Source: Anaerolinea sp. (lineage in GTDB: Bacteria > Chloroflexota > Dehalococcoidia > Tepidiformales > Tepidiformaceae). Taken from it: a stretch of 64,000 bases of DNA. This document shows, piece after piece, positions 56,312 to 63,730 of the stretch. Within the stretch, counting starts at the first letter, position 1; every line of letters starts with the position of its first letter. Made by a program: the position numbers and the translations under genes. The stretch is from NCBI GenBank assembly GCA_013822275.1, contig PNKC01000006.1, positions 2,667 through 66,666 of the forward strand, given 5' to 3'. The notes beneath the pieces are model-generated. The model was not told the DNA's origin and did no database searches. It worked only from the letters and a program-made list of their open reading frames with translations.

Positions 56312-57201
56312 CCACGATCCGCATCGGCACGCGCGGCAGCCGCCTGGCACTGGCGCAGACCGGGCTCGTGGCGGACCTGCTACGGAAGACCCACCCCGGT
56401 GCGGAGATCGAACTCGTCGAGATCGTTACCGCCGGCGACCGCGACCAGACATCCGCGCTCAGCTCGGGGGAAGGCATCGGCTGGTTCACTTCGGCCCTCC
56501 AGGTCGCGCTCCAACAGGGAGAGGTGGACATCGCCGTCCACAGCTACAAGGACCTGCCCACGAAGCGTCCCGAGGGGCTGGTTATCGCCGCCGTCCCGCT
56601 GCGCGAAGATCCGCGCGATGCGCTTGTCAGCCGCGACGGCCGCTCGGACTTCCGCGCGCTCCCGCCTGGCGCCCGGGTGGGCACGAGCAGCGCGCGCCGC
56701 ACGGCCCAGCTCGCCGCCATCCGGCCGGACATCGAGATTGTCGCCATCCGCGGGAACGTGGACACCCGCCTGGTAAAGGTTGACGCGGGCGACTACGACG
56801 CGGCTGTCCTCGCTCTCGCCGGGCTGAAGCGGCTGGGCCTCGATGGCCGCGCGACGCACGTCTTCGGCTTCGAAGAACTGGTGCCCGCCCCGGCCCAGGG
56901 TGTCCTCGCGATTGAATGCCGGGCAGGCGATGGGCCGGTGAGGGATCTGCTGGGCGCAATCGATGACCCGATCCTGCGCCAGACCGTGACCGCCGAACGG
57001 AGCTTCCTGGCAACGCTGGGGGCGGGCTGCAGCTTCCCCGCCGGCGCCTATGCGGAGCACTTCGGCTCCACGCTCAAACTGCACGGGCTCATTGCCCGCG
57101 ACGGCAAGATCGTGCGCTCAAAGATGGCCGGAGCGGCGGAAACCGCTGCCGGGCTGGGCTCGACGTTGGCGCGGGAATTGATGGCCCTCGCGGGCATGTA
57201 G
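56308..57201 (+). CDS. hemC: hydroxymethylbilane synthase (porphobilinogen deaminase)
   Basis: IRIGTRGSRLALAQT...HSYKDLPT...RGNVDTRL...ERSFLATLGAGCSFP. Confidence 0.93.
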   Translation: MTTIRIGTRGSRLALAQTGLVADLLRKTHPGAEIELVEIVTAGDRDQTSALSSGEGIGWFTSALQVALQQGEVDIAVHSYKDLPTKRPEGLVIAAVPLREDPRDALVSRDGRSDFRALPPGARVGTSSARRTAQLAAIRPDIEIVAIRGNVDTRLVKVDAGDYDAAVLALAGLKRLGLDGRATHVFGFEELVPAPAQGVLAIECRAGDGPVRDLLGAIDDPILRQTVTAERSFLATLGAGCSFPAGAYAEHFGSTLKLHGLIARDGKIVRSKMAGAAETAAGLGSTLARELMALAGM

Positions 57202-57218
57202 CCCGCATACTGCCCCGG

Positions 57219-57397
57219 ATGACGCCCACTGCCCGCGAACTCGAAGCCCAGTTATTCCGCACTCTGAACAGCTTTGTGGAGCCATCCATGACGATGGAGT
57301 TGCCACCCTGCTCTCCCACCTCGTCGAAGAGGCCCCGCTCGCGGCATCGGTCGCGACGGGCTGGGCCTTCGCGATCATCACGCCTGCGGGCGAATAG
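57219..57397 (+). pseudogene. frameshifted small ORF (about 60 codons) downstream of hemC
   Basis: G/C third-position bias follows the ATG frame from 57219 to about 57285. It then switches to the -1 frame (..GVATLLSHLVEEAPLAASVATGWAFAIITPAGE, TAG at 57395-57397). No in-frame start exists for the second part. Confidence 0.35.
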
Positions 57398-57440
57398 CGA
57401 ATGAATGCCGTCGTGGCCCCGCAAACTGGCGCGGCGAACA

Positions 57441-58847
57441 TCATCCTGGCGGCCGGTTGCGACCTCTGGCCGCGCTCGCCTGCTCCGCCATCAGCGCCTT
57501 CATCCGCGGTTCGCTGCGAATGGCATCGACCACCATCGCGACGAAGAGGAGCAACCCCAGCCACCCCAGCGCGCCAGCCAGGGCTGAAGTCTGCATTCGC
57601 GGCTCAATGTCCCATGCCTCGGCCAGCAACCCCGTCGTGACGCGCAGCGCGGCGGCAGTCAACAGGCACCACCAGGCGCCCCGCTCCACGAGTGAAGGCC
57701 CCACCGCCTCGACGCGGCGGAGGGCGAAGAACGGCGCCACCAACTGAGCCATCCCGATGATGAGGAGCGTAATCAGCCCCGCCCCGTAGGCGTGGCGAGC
57801 TGCGTCCCGCGCGGGGACAGCGTTGTCGCCATCGAAAAACAGCATGCGTACGCCCGCCCAAACGAGGAGAGCGCCCGCGATCATGGCAAAGACGTTGGCC
57901 GCCAGAACGAACCTGGAAGCGCGGCGGGCCCGCGGACGCAGCCGCCTGGCCCTTCCCCAGACGGAACCGGCGATCGGGGGCAGCCAGATGAGAGCGGCCC
58001 CGCTCAGGAGGAAGCCGGCGCCCATCACGGCCTCACGCTGGTCAACATCATCCAGCCAGGGCGAAACGAGGACGGCGGCGGCGCCCGCGTTCAGCAGCAC
58101 GCCCGGCACTACGGCGCGGCGGAGTGAGGGCGTCTTGCGCCCGAAGAACACGGGCACGGCGCGGCTCTGCACTCCCCAGATGAAGTTGCCTATTGCGGCA
58201 AGCATGACGGTCCAGGCGGTTGCGTCGTCATCCAGCGAGGGCACGTAGGCGCCGTTGGCAGAGGCGTCCATGCCCTGGGCGACCAGGAGCGCCGCCCAAA
58301 CAGCCCACCAAACGCCGCCCGCCATGCAGAACCAGCGCCACGGCTCATTCGTCTTCCGGCCGGTGAGGAGGGCATAGAGGACGAGGCCGGAAAACGAAGC
58401 AGCCCCGGCCCCCGCGAGGACACCGGAGACGGCCATCAGGCGTTCGGAGAGGCCACCCATGTCCACGGCCTGGGCGGCCACGCGCGTTACCGCGCCGCCA
58501 AAGAGCAGCGCGAAGACAGGGAGAACGCGTGTCCGGCGGAACGGCTGGCGCGCCGCGAACCGGGGCAGCAGGCGAAGGCCCATGCCGGCCACGAAGAGCC
58601 CCGCCCAACCCTGCACCTGGGCCCAACCGTGTGCCTGGATCAGCCACGGCACCCGCTCCTCCCAGCCGAACGCGCCCGATTGCGCCAGCGAAAGCAGGAT
58701 GGCGAGCACCAGCCCGGCGCCAACCGCCATCACCATCGCGCCCATGATGAAGACCACGTAGGAGCGGTCTTCCACCGCCGGGACAACTTCGGCCGACTGC
58801 ACCAGAGGCATCTCGAGGGGGATGTCGCCGCGCCGGCCGTTCGCCAT
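57441..58847 (-). CDS. NnrS-like multi-pass membrane protein
   Basis: ORF trimmed to the ATG at 58847. About 12 TM helices. WLIQAHGWAQVQGWAGLFVAGMGLRLLPRF resembles the NnrS His-containing helix pattern. Confidence 0.45.
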   Translation of the reverse strand: MANGRRGDIPLEMPLVQSAEVVPAVEDRSYVVFIMGAMVMAVGAGLVLAILLSLAQSGAFGWEERVPWLIQAHGWAQVQGWAGLFVAGMGLRLLPRFAARQPFRRTRVLPVFALLFGGAVTRVAAQAVDMGGLSERLMAVSGVLAGAGAASFSGLVLYALLTGRKTNEPWRWFCMAGGVWWAVWAALLVAQGMDASANGAYVPSLDDDATAWTVMLAAIGNFIWGVQSRAVPVFFGRKTPSLRRAVVPGVLLNAGAAAVLVSPWLDDVDQREAVMGAGFLLSGAALIWLPPIAGSVWGRARRLRPRARRASRFVLAANVFAMIAGALLVWAGVRMLFFDGDNAVPARDAARHAYGAGLITLLIIGMAQLVAPFFALRRVEAVGPSLVERGAWWCLLTAAALRVTTGLLAEAWDIEPRMQTSALAGALGWLGLLLFVAMVVDAIRSEPRMKALMAEQASAARGRNRPPG

Positions 58848-58903
58848 GGGACAACTATAGCCGCGCAGCCAGTCCGGTCGCGGCGTCCCGCCGGGGATAC
58901 AAG

Positions 58904-58937
58904 AAGGCCGCCCCGAGGTGAGATTCGGGGCGGCCTT
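58904..58937 (-). terminator. hairpin between the 59-aa gene and the NnrS-like gene
   Basis: Perfect 13-bp stem AAGGCCGCCCCGA / TCGGGGCGGCCTT with an 8-nt loop. A modest T-rich run follows on the minus strand (TCTTGTAT). Confidence 0.55.
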
Positions 58938-58990
58938 TGTCGGTTGCGGCGTGGGAGAGGTCACGCCGGAAAGGGACGAGGGCGGAAGGG

Positions 58991-59170
58991 TCAGGCCGCG
59001 GAGCGGTGCTCTTCGTTCGTAATGAAGTCGCCGTCCTGGAGCCAGTTCTTGAACTGCTTCGTGACGCCGCATTCCTTGCAGACGCCGACGCTGACGGGGC
59101 CGTTCGGCTCGTCGATGCGCCAGCGGTGGAAATGGTCGGCCTTGGGTGCCTGGGCTGTGGCGGTTGCCAT
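58991..59170 (-). CDS. small HxH...CxxC protein (59 aa), putative zinc-ribbon-like
   Basis: Strong RBS AAGGAGG 8 nt upstream of the ATG at 59170. H13-x-H15 and C31-x-x-C34. Coding-like bias. Confidence 0.6.
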   Translation of the reverse strand: MATATAQAPKADHFHRWRIDEPNGPVSVGVCKECGVTKQFKNWLQDGDFITNEEHRSAA

Positions 59171-59189
59171 GGTGAGAGCCTCCTTGGTT

Positions 59190-59208
59190 GACTCGCTTCT
59201 CGCGAGTC
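59190..59208 (-). promoter_or_regulatory. 5'-UTR hairpin directly upstream of the RBS of the 59-aa gene
   Basis: GACTCGC / GCGAGTC 7-bp stem with a 5-nt loop. It ends 4 nt before AAGGAGG on the minus strand. Confidence 0.4.
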
Positions 59209-59232
59209 GGCTACGCTTGTTTCGAATGACTG

Positions 59233-59285
59233 CTAGCACTATGGATTTGGTAGTGCCGGTGTAGGTGGAAGTCTAGCACCTGCTA
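59233..59285. promoter_or_regulatory. operator-like palindromes in the AT-rich hxlR-type divergent intergenic region
   Basis: GCACTA-N9-TAGTGC (59236-59256). TAGCA-CC-TGCTA (59274-59285). CTAGCAC direct repeat at 59233 and 59273, 40 bp apart. Confidence 0.45.
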
Positions 59286-59354
59286 CTATCAAGTCAATAG
59301 TCTTAGAGCTATCTTTGAAGAAATCTTTACATACGAGCAATCGGAGCAGCCCTC

Positions 59355-60038
59355 ATGGCCCATCGGACCGCTGAGACGGACGGAGCGCGCAAGACCTACA
59401 ACCACCCCTGCACAATCGCCCAGACGCTGGACGTCCTCGGCGACAGGTGGACGCTCCTCATCCTCCGGGACCTGATGGCTGGCCTGCACCGCTACAACGA
59501 CATCCTCGAAAGCTGCGCCGGCATGTCTCCCAACGTCCTTTCGGACCGCCTCAAGCGCCTCGAAGCCGATGGGCTCGTCAACCGTAACTACTTCAAGGAA
59601 CTGCCACCGCGGGTGGAATACACCCTCACCGAAAAGGGCTGGTCCGTACGCCCTATCCTTCTCGAACTCCTTGAGTGGGGCCGCAAACACACTCCGGGAT
59701 TCAGCGAAGACAAAGTAGGCCGGGAGATCTCCACAGACTTTGCAGTCAGGGTGGTCCCGGCCTTTTCCTTTCATCCCGAACGGGCGGACGGCCTCAACGT
59801 GAGCATGTCGGTGGAGATCGCCGAAAGCGAACACTGCACCGCCTGGACGCTCGCCATCCACGACGGCCACATCCACCCCCAACGGAGCCGGGCCGCCAGC
59901 ACGGACGTCCACCTGCGCACAACCACACACGGGTTCTTCCAGTTCATCCGCGGCGAAGCCCGCGCCGAGATGGTGGGCGAACTGACTGGCTCGCCGGAAG
60001 CGGCAGCCCGCATCCAGGCCTGCTTCCTCAGCGACTGA
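59355..60038 (+). CDS. HxlR-family transcriptional regulator with C-terminal SCP2-like extension
   Basis: CTIAQTLDVLGDRWTLLILRDL...RYNDI......SPNVLSDRLKRLEADGLV.R......PPRVEYTLTEKG HxlR signature, plus about 110 extra C-terminal residues. Confidence 0.8.
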   Translation: MAHRTAETDGARKTYNHPCTIAQTLDVLGDRWTLLILRDLMAGLHRYNDILESCAGMSPNVLSDRLKRLEADGLVNRNYFKELPPRVEYTLTEKGWSVRPILLELLEWGRKHTPGFSEDKVGREISTDFAVRVVPAFSFHPERADGLNVSMSVEIAESEHCTAWTLAIHDGHIHPQRSRAASTDVHLRTTTHGFFQFIRGEARAEMVGELTGSPEAAARIQACFLSD

Positions 60039-60086
60039 GTCCGTCGCGAACTCCCACTCCAGCCCCTGTTCCTGTACGGTGGACTC

Positions 60087-61199
60087 GTGATCATCCTCCT
60101 CTACGGCGCCGACGAGCTGGCGATGCGCAGGCGCATCCAGCAGCTCAAGGACCTCGCCGACGGCGGCAGCGGCATGCTTGTCACGAACCTGACAGAGCTG
60201 GACGGACGGGACGTCAGGGCCGCCGAGATCATCGCTCCGGCCAACTCAATCCCGTTCCTCGCGCCAAAGCGGCTGATCATCGTTGAGCACTTCTTCGAGC
60301 GGTTCGAATCACGGGGCGCGCCCGCGGCCGGGGAGAGCACCGGCCAGCGCCGCCTGGCAGCCTTCGAACCCCTGCTCGCGGCGCTCAAGGTGGGCCTCCC
60401 CGAGACCACCATCCTCGTCTTCACCGGCGTATCCGAAGACAAGAACCCGTTCGCCGCCAACCCGATGCTGAAGGCGTTGAAGGAAGTTCCCGGCGTCGAG
60501 AATGTCGCCCTCCCCAGGCTCGAGAAGGACGCCCTGACCCGGTACATCCGGGCGGAAGCGAAAGCCCGCGGCATCCACTTCAAAGCCGGCCAGATGCGCG
60601 CTGGCGAGGGGCGGGCGGATGAGGACACGCCCCGCGAATCAGACCCCGCGCAACTCCTCGCCAATCTCTTCCAGTCCGACACGCTGGCGCTGAACAACGA
60701 ACTCGACAAACTCGCCCTCTACGCGCACGGCCGCGAAGTGACCGTGGCGGACGTGAACGAAATCTGCGCCGGCGACCGTGAAACCACCACCTTCGAACTC
60801 GTCGATGCCATCCAGGATGGCAACCTGGCGGTGGCGATGGAGCGGCTGCAATGGCTGCGGCGAGACGGTGCCGAGTACCAGGGTCTCGTGTTCTCTATCC
60901 TTATCGGCTACCGGCGGACGGCCAGCATTCTCGACCTCCTCGACGACCGGGCACCGACGGAGGAGATCGCCCGCGCCCTCGGTCCCGCGGGCAAATGGCC
61001 GAACCTGCGTGACGCCGCGATCCGGCGGGCGAAGCGGCTGGGCCACGAAGGACTGCGGCGAGCGTATGAGGCGATCGTGGAATCCGAACGGTCCTTCAAG
61101 TCTGGCGAAACGGCGGAGGAAGTGGCCTTCGAAGTAATGTTGATGCGGTTGACCGGGTTGGTTGGGGCGCCCCCGCCCCGCCCCCTTGTCCCCCGCTAA
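60087..61199 (+). CDS. holA: DNA polymerase III subunit delta
   Basis: MIILLYGADELAMRRRIQQL N-terminus. Length and helical C-terminal domains are typical of HolA. GTG start. Confidence 0.75.
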   Translation: MIILLYGADELAMRRRIQQLKDLADGGSGMLVTNLTELDGRDVRAAEIIAPANSIPFLAPKRLIIVEHFFERFESRGAPAAGESTGQRRLAAFEPLLAALKVGLPETTILVFTGVSEDKNPFAANPMLKALKEVPGVENVALPRLEKDALTRYIRAEAKARGIHFKAGQMRAGEGRADEDTPRESDPAQLLANLFQSDTLALNNELDKLALYAHGREVTVADVNEICAGDRETTTFELVDAIQDGNLAVAMERLQWLRRDGAEYQGLVFSILIGYRRTASILDLLDDRAPTEEIARALGPAGKWPNLRDAAIRRAKRLGHEGLRRAYEAIVESERSFKSGETAEEVAFEVMLMRLTGLVGAPPPRPLVPR

Positions 61200-62182
61200 C
61201 GCTCCGCCTGCCAGATCGGGTTGTAGCAGGCGACCAGGTGGGCGCGGCCTTCCGGTAGTTCCAGCTTCGGCGCGCCGCTGGCGCGGCAGACGTTGAGCAC
61301 CTTGGGGCAGCGCGGGATGAACGGGCAGCGCTCCGATGGCTCCGTCAGCTCGGGCGGCTGCCCGGGGATCTGCCGAAGGTGCTCGTTTGCCCCGTCAACG
61401 CGAGGGAGCGTCGCCAGCAGGCCGTGCGTGTAAGGGTGAAGCGGCGCCTTCAGCATCTCCATCACGCCGCCGGATTCAACCACCCGCCCGGCGTACATCA
61501 CGGCGACCTGGTCCGCCATCTGCGCGACGACACCAAAGTCGTGGGTGATCAGCATGATGGCTGTCCCCCGGGTCTTTCGAAGCTGGTCCAGTTGGTGGAG
61601 GATCTGGGCCTGGATGGTCACGTCCAGCGCGCTCGTCGGCTCATCCGCGATGATGACGTCCGGGTTGAGCGCCGTGGCGATGCCAATCATCACCCGCTGA
61701 CACATCCCGCCCGACAGTTGGAAAGGGTACGACTTTGCAACGCGTTCAGCATCCGCGAGCCCCACGCCCTTGAGGATCTGGAGCGCCTGTTTTTGAGCGT
61801 CCTTCTTGCTGATTTCGAGGTGGCTCGTGAGGATTTCGGCAACCTGCGAACCAACGGGGAGCACCGGGTTCAAGCCCGCCACCGGGTCCTGGAAGACCAT
61901 GGCGATGCGCCGGCCGCGCAGCGGGCGAAGATGCTTGTCGTCCATGGCAAGCAGGTCGCGGCCTTCGAACAGGACCTGCCCTCCCAGCACTTCCGCCTCC
62001 GGCGCGAGCAGACGGAGGATCGACATCCCGGCCGTGGTCTTGCCTGAACCGGATTCGCCCACCAGCGTCAGAACCTGCCCGGGGAACAGGTCGAAGGAGA
62101 CATCGTCCACGGCGTACACGCGTGACTCTTTCGTCCGGTAGCGAATCGAAAGGCCGCGCACACTGATAATCGGTTCGGTCAT
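61196..62182 (-). CDS. ABC transporter ATP-binding protein (OppD/DppD type), orphan
   Basis: Walker A GESGSGKT, signature LSGGMCQR, Walker B IIADEPTSALD, and the oligopeptide-type C-terminal extension with CPFIPRCP...C. Confidence 0.88.
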   Translation of the reverse strand: MTEPIISVRGLSIRYRTKESRVYAVDDVSFDLFPGQVLTLVGESGSGKTTAGMSILRLLAPEAEVLGGQVLFEGRDLLAMDDKHLRPLRGRRIAMVFQDPVAGLNPVLPVGSQVAEILTSHLEISKKDAQKQALQILKGVGLADAERVAKSYPFQLSGGMCQRVMIGIATALNPDVIIADEPTSALDVTIQAQILHQLDQLRKTRGTAIMLITHDFGVVAQMADQVAVMYAGRVVESGGVMEMLKAPLHPYTHGLLATLPRVDGANEHLRQIPGQPPELTEPSERCPFIPRCPKVLNVCRASGAPKLELPEGRAHLVACYNPIWQAER

Positions 62183-62186
62183 GGCG

Positions 62187-62215
62187 ATAAAAACGGGGCC
62201 TCTGCGGGCCCCGTT
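62187..62215 (-). terminator. intrinsic terminator after lexA
   Basis: Minus strand reads AACGGGGCC-cgcaga-GGCCCCGTT followed by TTTAT. The T tract ends 4 nt before the OppD-like ATG. Confidence 0.7.
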
Positions 62216-62240
62216 GGTCTGCTCCGCGGATGGGATGGTG

Positions 62241-62879
62241 CTAGTCCGCTGGGCGGAAGGACGAAATGAAGCGCCCCTGGACTTCTACGTTGTCGGCCGT
62301 GGTATAGATGGGCTGCATCGTACTGTTTGCCGGCTGCAACCGCACCCGCGCACCCTCATGGTAAATGCGCTTTAGCGTCACTTCGCCCCGGTCCTTCAGC
62401 CAGACCGCGACCTTGTCACCGTCATTCGCCGAACGCGCCGGTTCCAAAAAAACGATGTCTCCGTCGTCGATGAGGTCGTCGATCATGGACGTACCCTTCA
62501 CGCGCAGGGCGAAGACGTTCTGGCGGCCCCGGATCATGTCCTCGGTCACCGCCACGGAGTCCTCGGCGTCGTTCCCCCAGCGCTCGCTGGTGGGCACCGG
62601 GATCGGCTGGCCGGCGGCGATGGAGCCAAGTACGGGGACTTCAACGATGCGTGGCCGCCGGCCCCGGCTGCCGAGGATCTCGATTCCCCGGGAGACCTCG
62701 CGGTCGCGGCGGATGTAGTTCTTCTCTTCCAGCTTCCGGAGGTTGTAGTCCACAACCGACGTGCTGCTGATGCCGCAGCCATCCTGGATGTCGCGGATGC
62801 TGGGCGGGTAGTCCTTGTCCTCAATGAAGGTGCGAAGGAATTCGAGGATTTGACCCTGCTTACCGGAGAGTTCTTGCAT
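62241..62879 (-). CDS. lexA: LexA repressor
   Basis: ORF trimmed to the ATG at 62879. N-terminal wHTH (LSGKQGQILEFL...PPSIRDI), cleavage/peptidase motifs (VLGSIAAG, VKGTSM, VTLKR). Confidence 0.92.
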   Translation of the reverse strand: MQELSGKQGQILEFLRTFIEDKDYPPSIRDIQDGCGISSTSVVDYNLRKLEEKNYIRRDREVSRGIEILGSRGRRPRIVEVPVLGSIAAGQPIPVPTSERWGNDAEDSVAVTEDMIRGRQNVFALRVKGTSMIDDLIDDGDIVFLEPARSANDGDKVAVWLKDRGEVTLKRIYHEGARVRLQPANSTMQPIYTTADNVEVQGRFISSFRPAD

Positions 62880-62893
62880 GGCGGGAAGCCTTC

Positions 62894-62907
62894 CGAACGG
62901 ATGTTCG
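62894..62907. promoter_or_regulatory. LexA operator (Cheo-type SOS box CGAAC-N4-GTTCG)
   Basis: CGAACGGATGTTCG is a perfect GAAC-N4-GTTC palindrome, 15-28 nt upstream of the lexA ATG. Confidence 0.8.
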
Positions 62908-62912
62908 CGCAA

Positions 62913-62943
62913 ACTTTAACACACCGTGGCGGGTTATCGTCAA
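62913..62943 (-). promoter_or_regulatory. putative lexA promoter
   Basis: Minus-strand TTGACG (62943-62938), 19-nt spacer, TAAAGT (62918-62913). The SOS box starts 5 nt downstream of the -10. Confidence 0.4.
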
Positions 62944-63034
62944 ACCTGTTCCGAACATACCACCCGAAAGTTGAAAGTCCACGGGTGACCATGGAAAGTG
63001 GGAGGGCGCCTTCGCCGCCCCAGGATCATCTCGC

Positions 63035-63730
63035 ATGCCCCAGCCTTCCCGCACCGCCCTGCTCATCGCCGCCCACCCGGATGACGGCGAATTCGGCGCG
63101 GCCGGGCATTGTTCGCAGCTCGCGGACGAGGGCTGGGACGTCTACTTCCTGGTCTGTACCAACGGCGCCAAGGGGACCGAGGACCGCGCGATGCACCGCG
63201 AGCGGCTTATCGCCCTCCGCCGCGAGGAGCAGCGCGAAGCCTGCCGCCGCCTCGGTGTGAAGGATGTCTTCTTCCTCGACCATGAGGACAGCGAACTCGT
63301 CTACGACCGTGCCCTCCTGGAGCAGATCGTCCGGTATATCCGTATGTTGCGGCCGGAGACCGTCCTGACGCACGACCCGGCTGACATCATCATCCTCGAC
63401 AGCTTCATCAACCACCCGGACCACCGCGCGGCCGGGACCGCCGTACTCGACGCGGTCTACCCCACGGCGCGAGACCACCTGAACTTCCCCGAACACCTCG
63501 CCGAAGGGCTGGAGCCTCACAAAGTCCGCGAACTCCTCCTCTGGAACTCGAACAGCCCGAACTTCGATGTCGACATCAGCGACCGCGTGGACCAGAAGAT
63601 CAACGCCCTGGCCGCGCACGTAACCCAGTTCGGCGATCAACAGGACTTCGCCACCTTCGCCCGAGAACGCTGGAAGTCGGAGGACGGCCGCTACCTGGAA
63701 CGCTTCCGGCGCATCCAACTGCAGTTCTGA
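63035..63730 (+). CDS. PIG-L/LmbE family deacetylase (second copy)
   Basis: LLIAAHPDDGEFGAAG and NHPDHRAAG motifs. Confidence 0.8.
   Translation: MPQPSRTALLIAAHPDDGEFGAAGHCSQLADEGWDVYFLVCTNGAKGTEDRAMHRERLIALRREEQREACRRLGVKDVFFLDHEDSELVYDRALLEQIVRYIRMLRPETVLTHDPADIIILDSFINHPDHRAAGTAVLDAVYPTARDHLNFPEHLAEGLEPHKVRELLLWNSNSPNFDVDISDRVDQKINALAAHVTQFGDQQDFATFARERWKSEDGRYLERFRRIQLQF

Noticed and set aside
57089-57564. Minus-strand ORFs (57089-57424 and 57118-57564) in the hemC / NnrS-like gap
   Set aside because: The products are low-complexity, the ORFs overlap the hemC 3' end, and third-position bias instead supports the plus-strand frameshifted mini-ORF.
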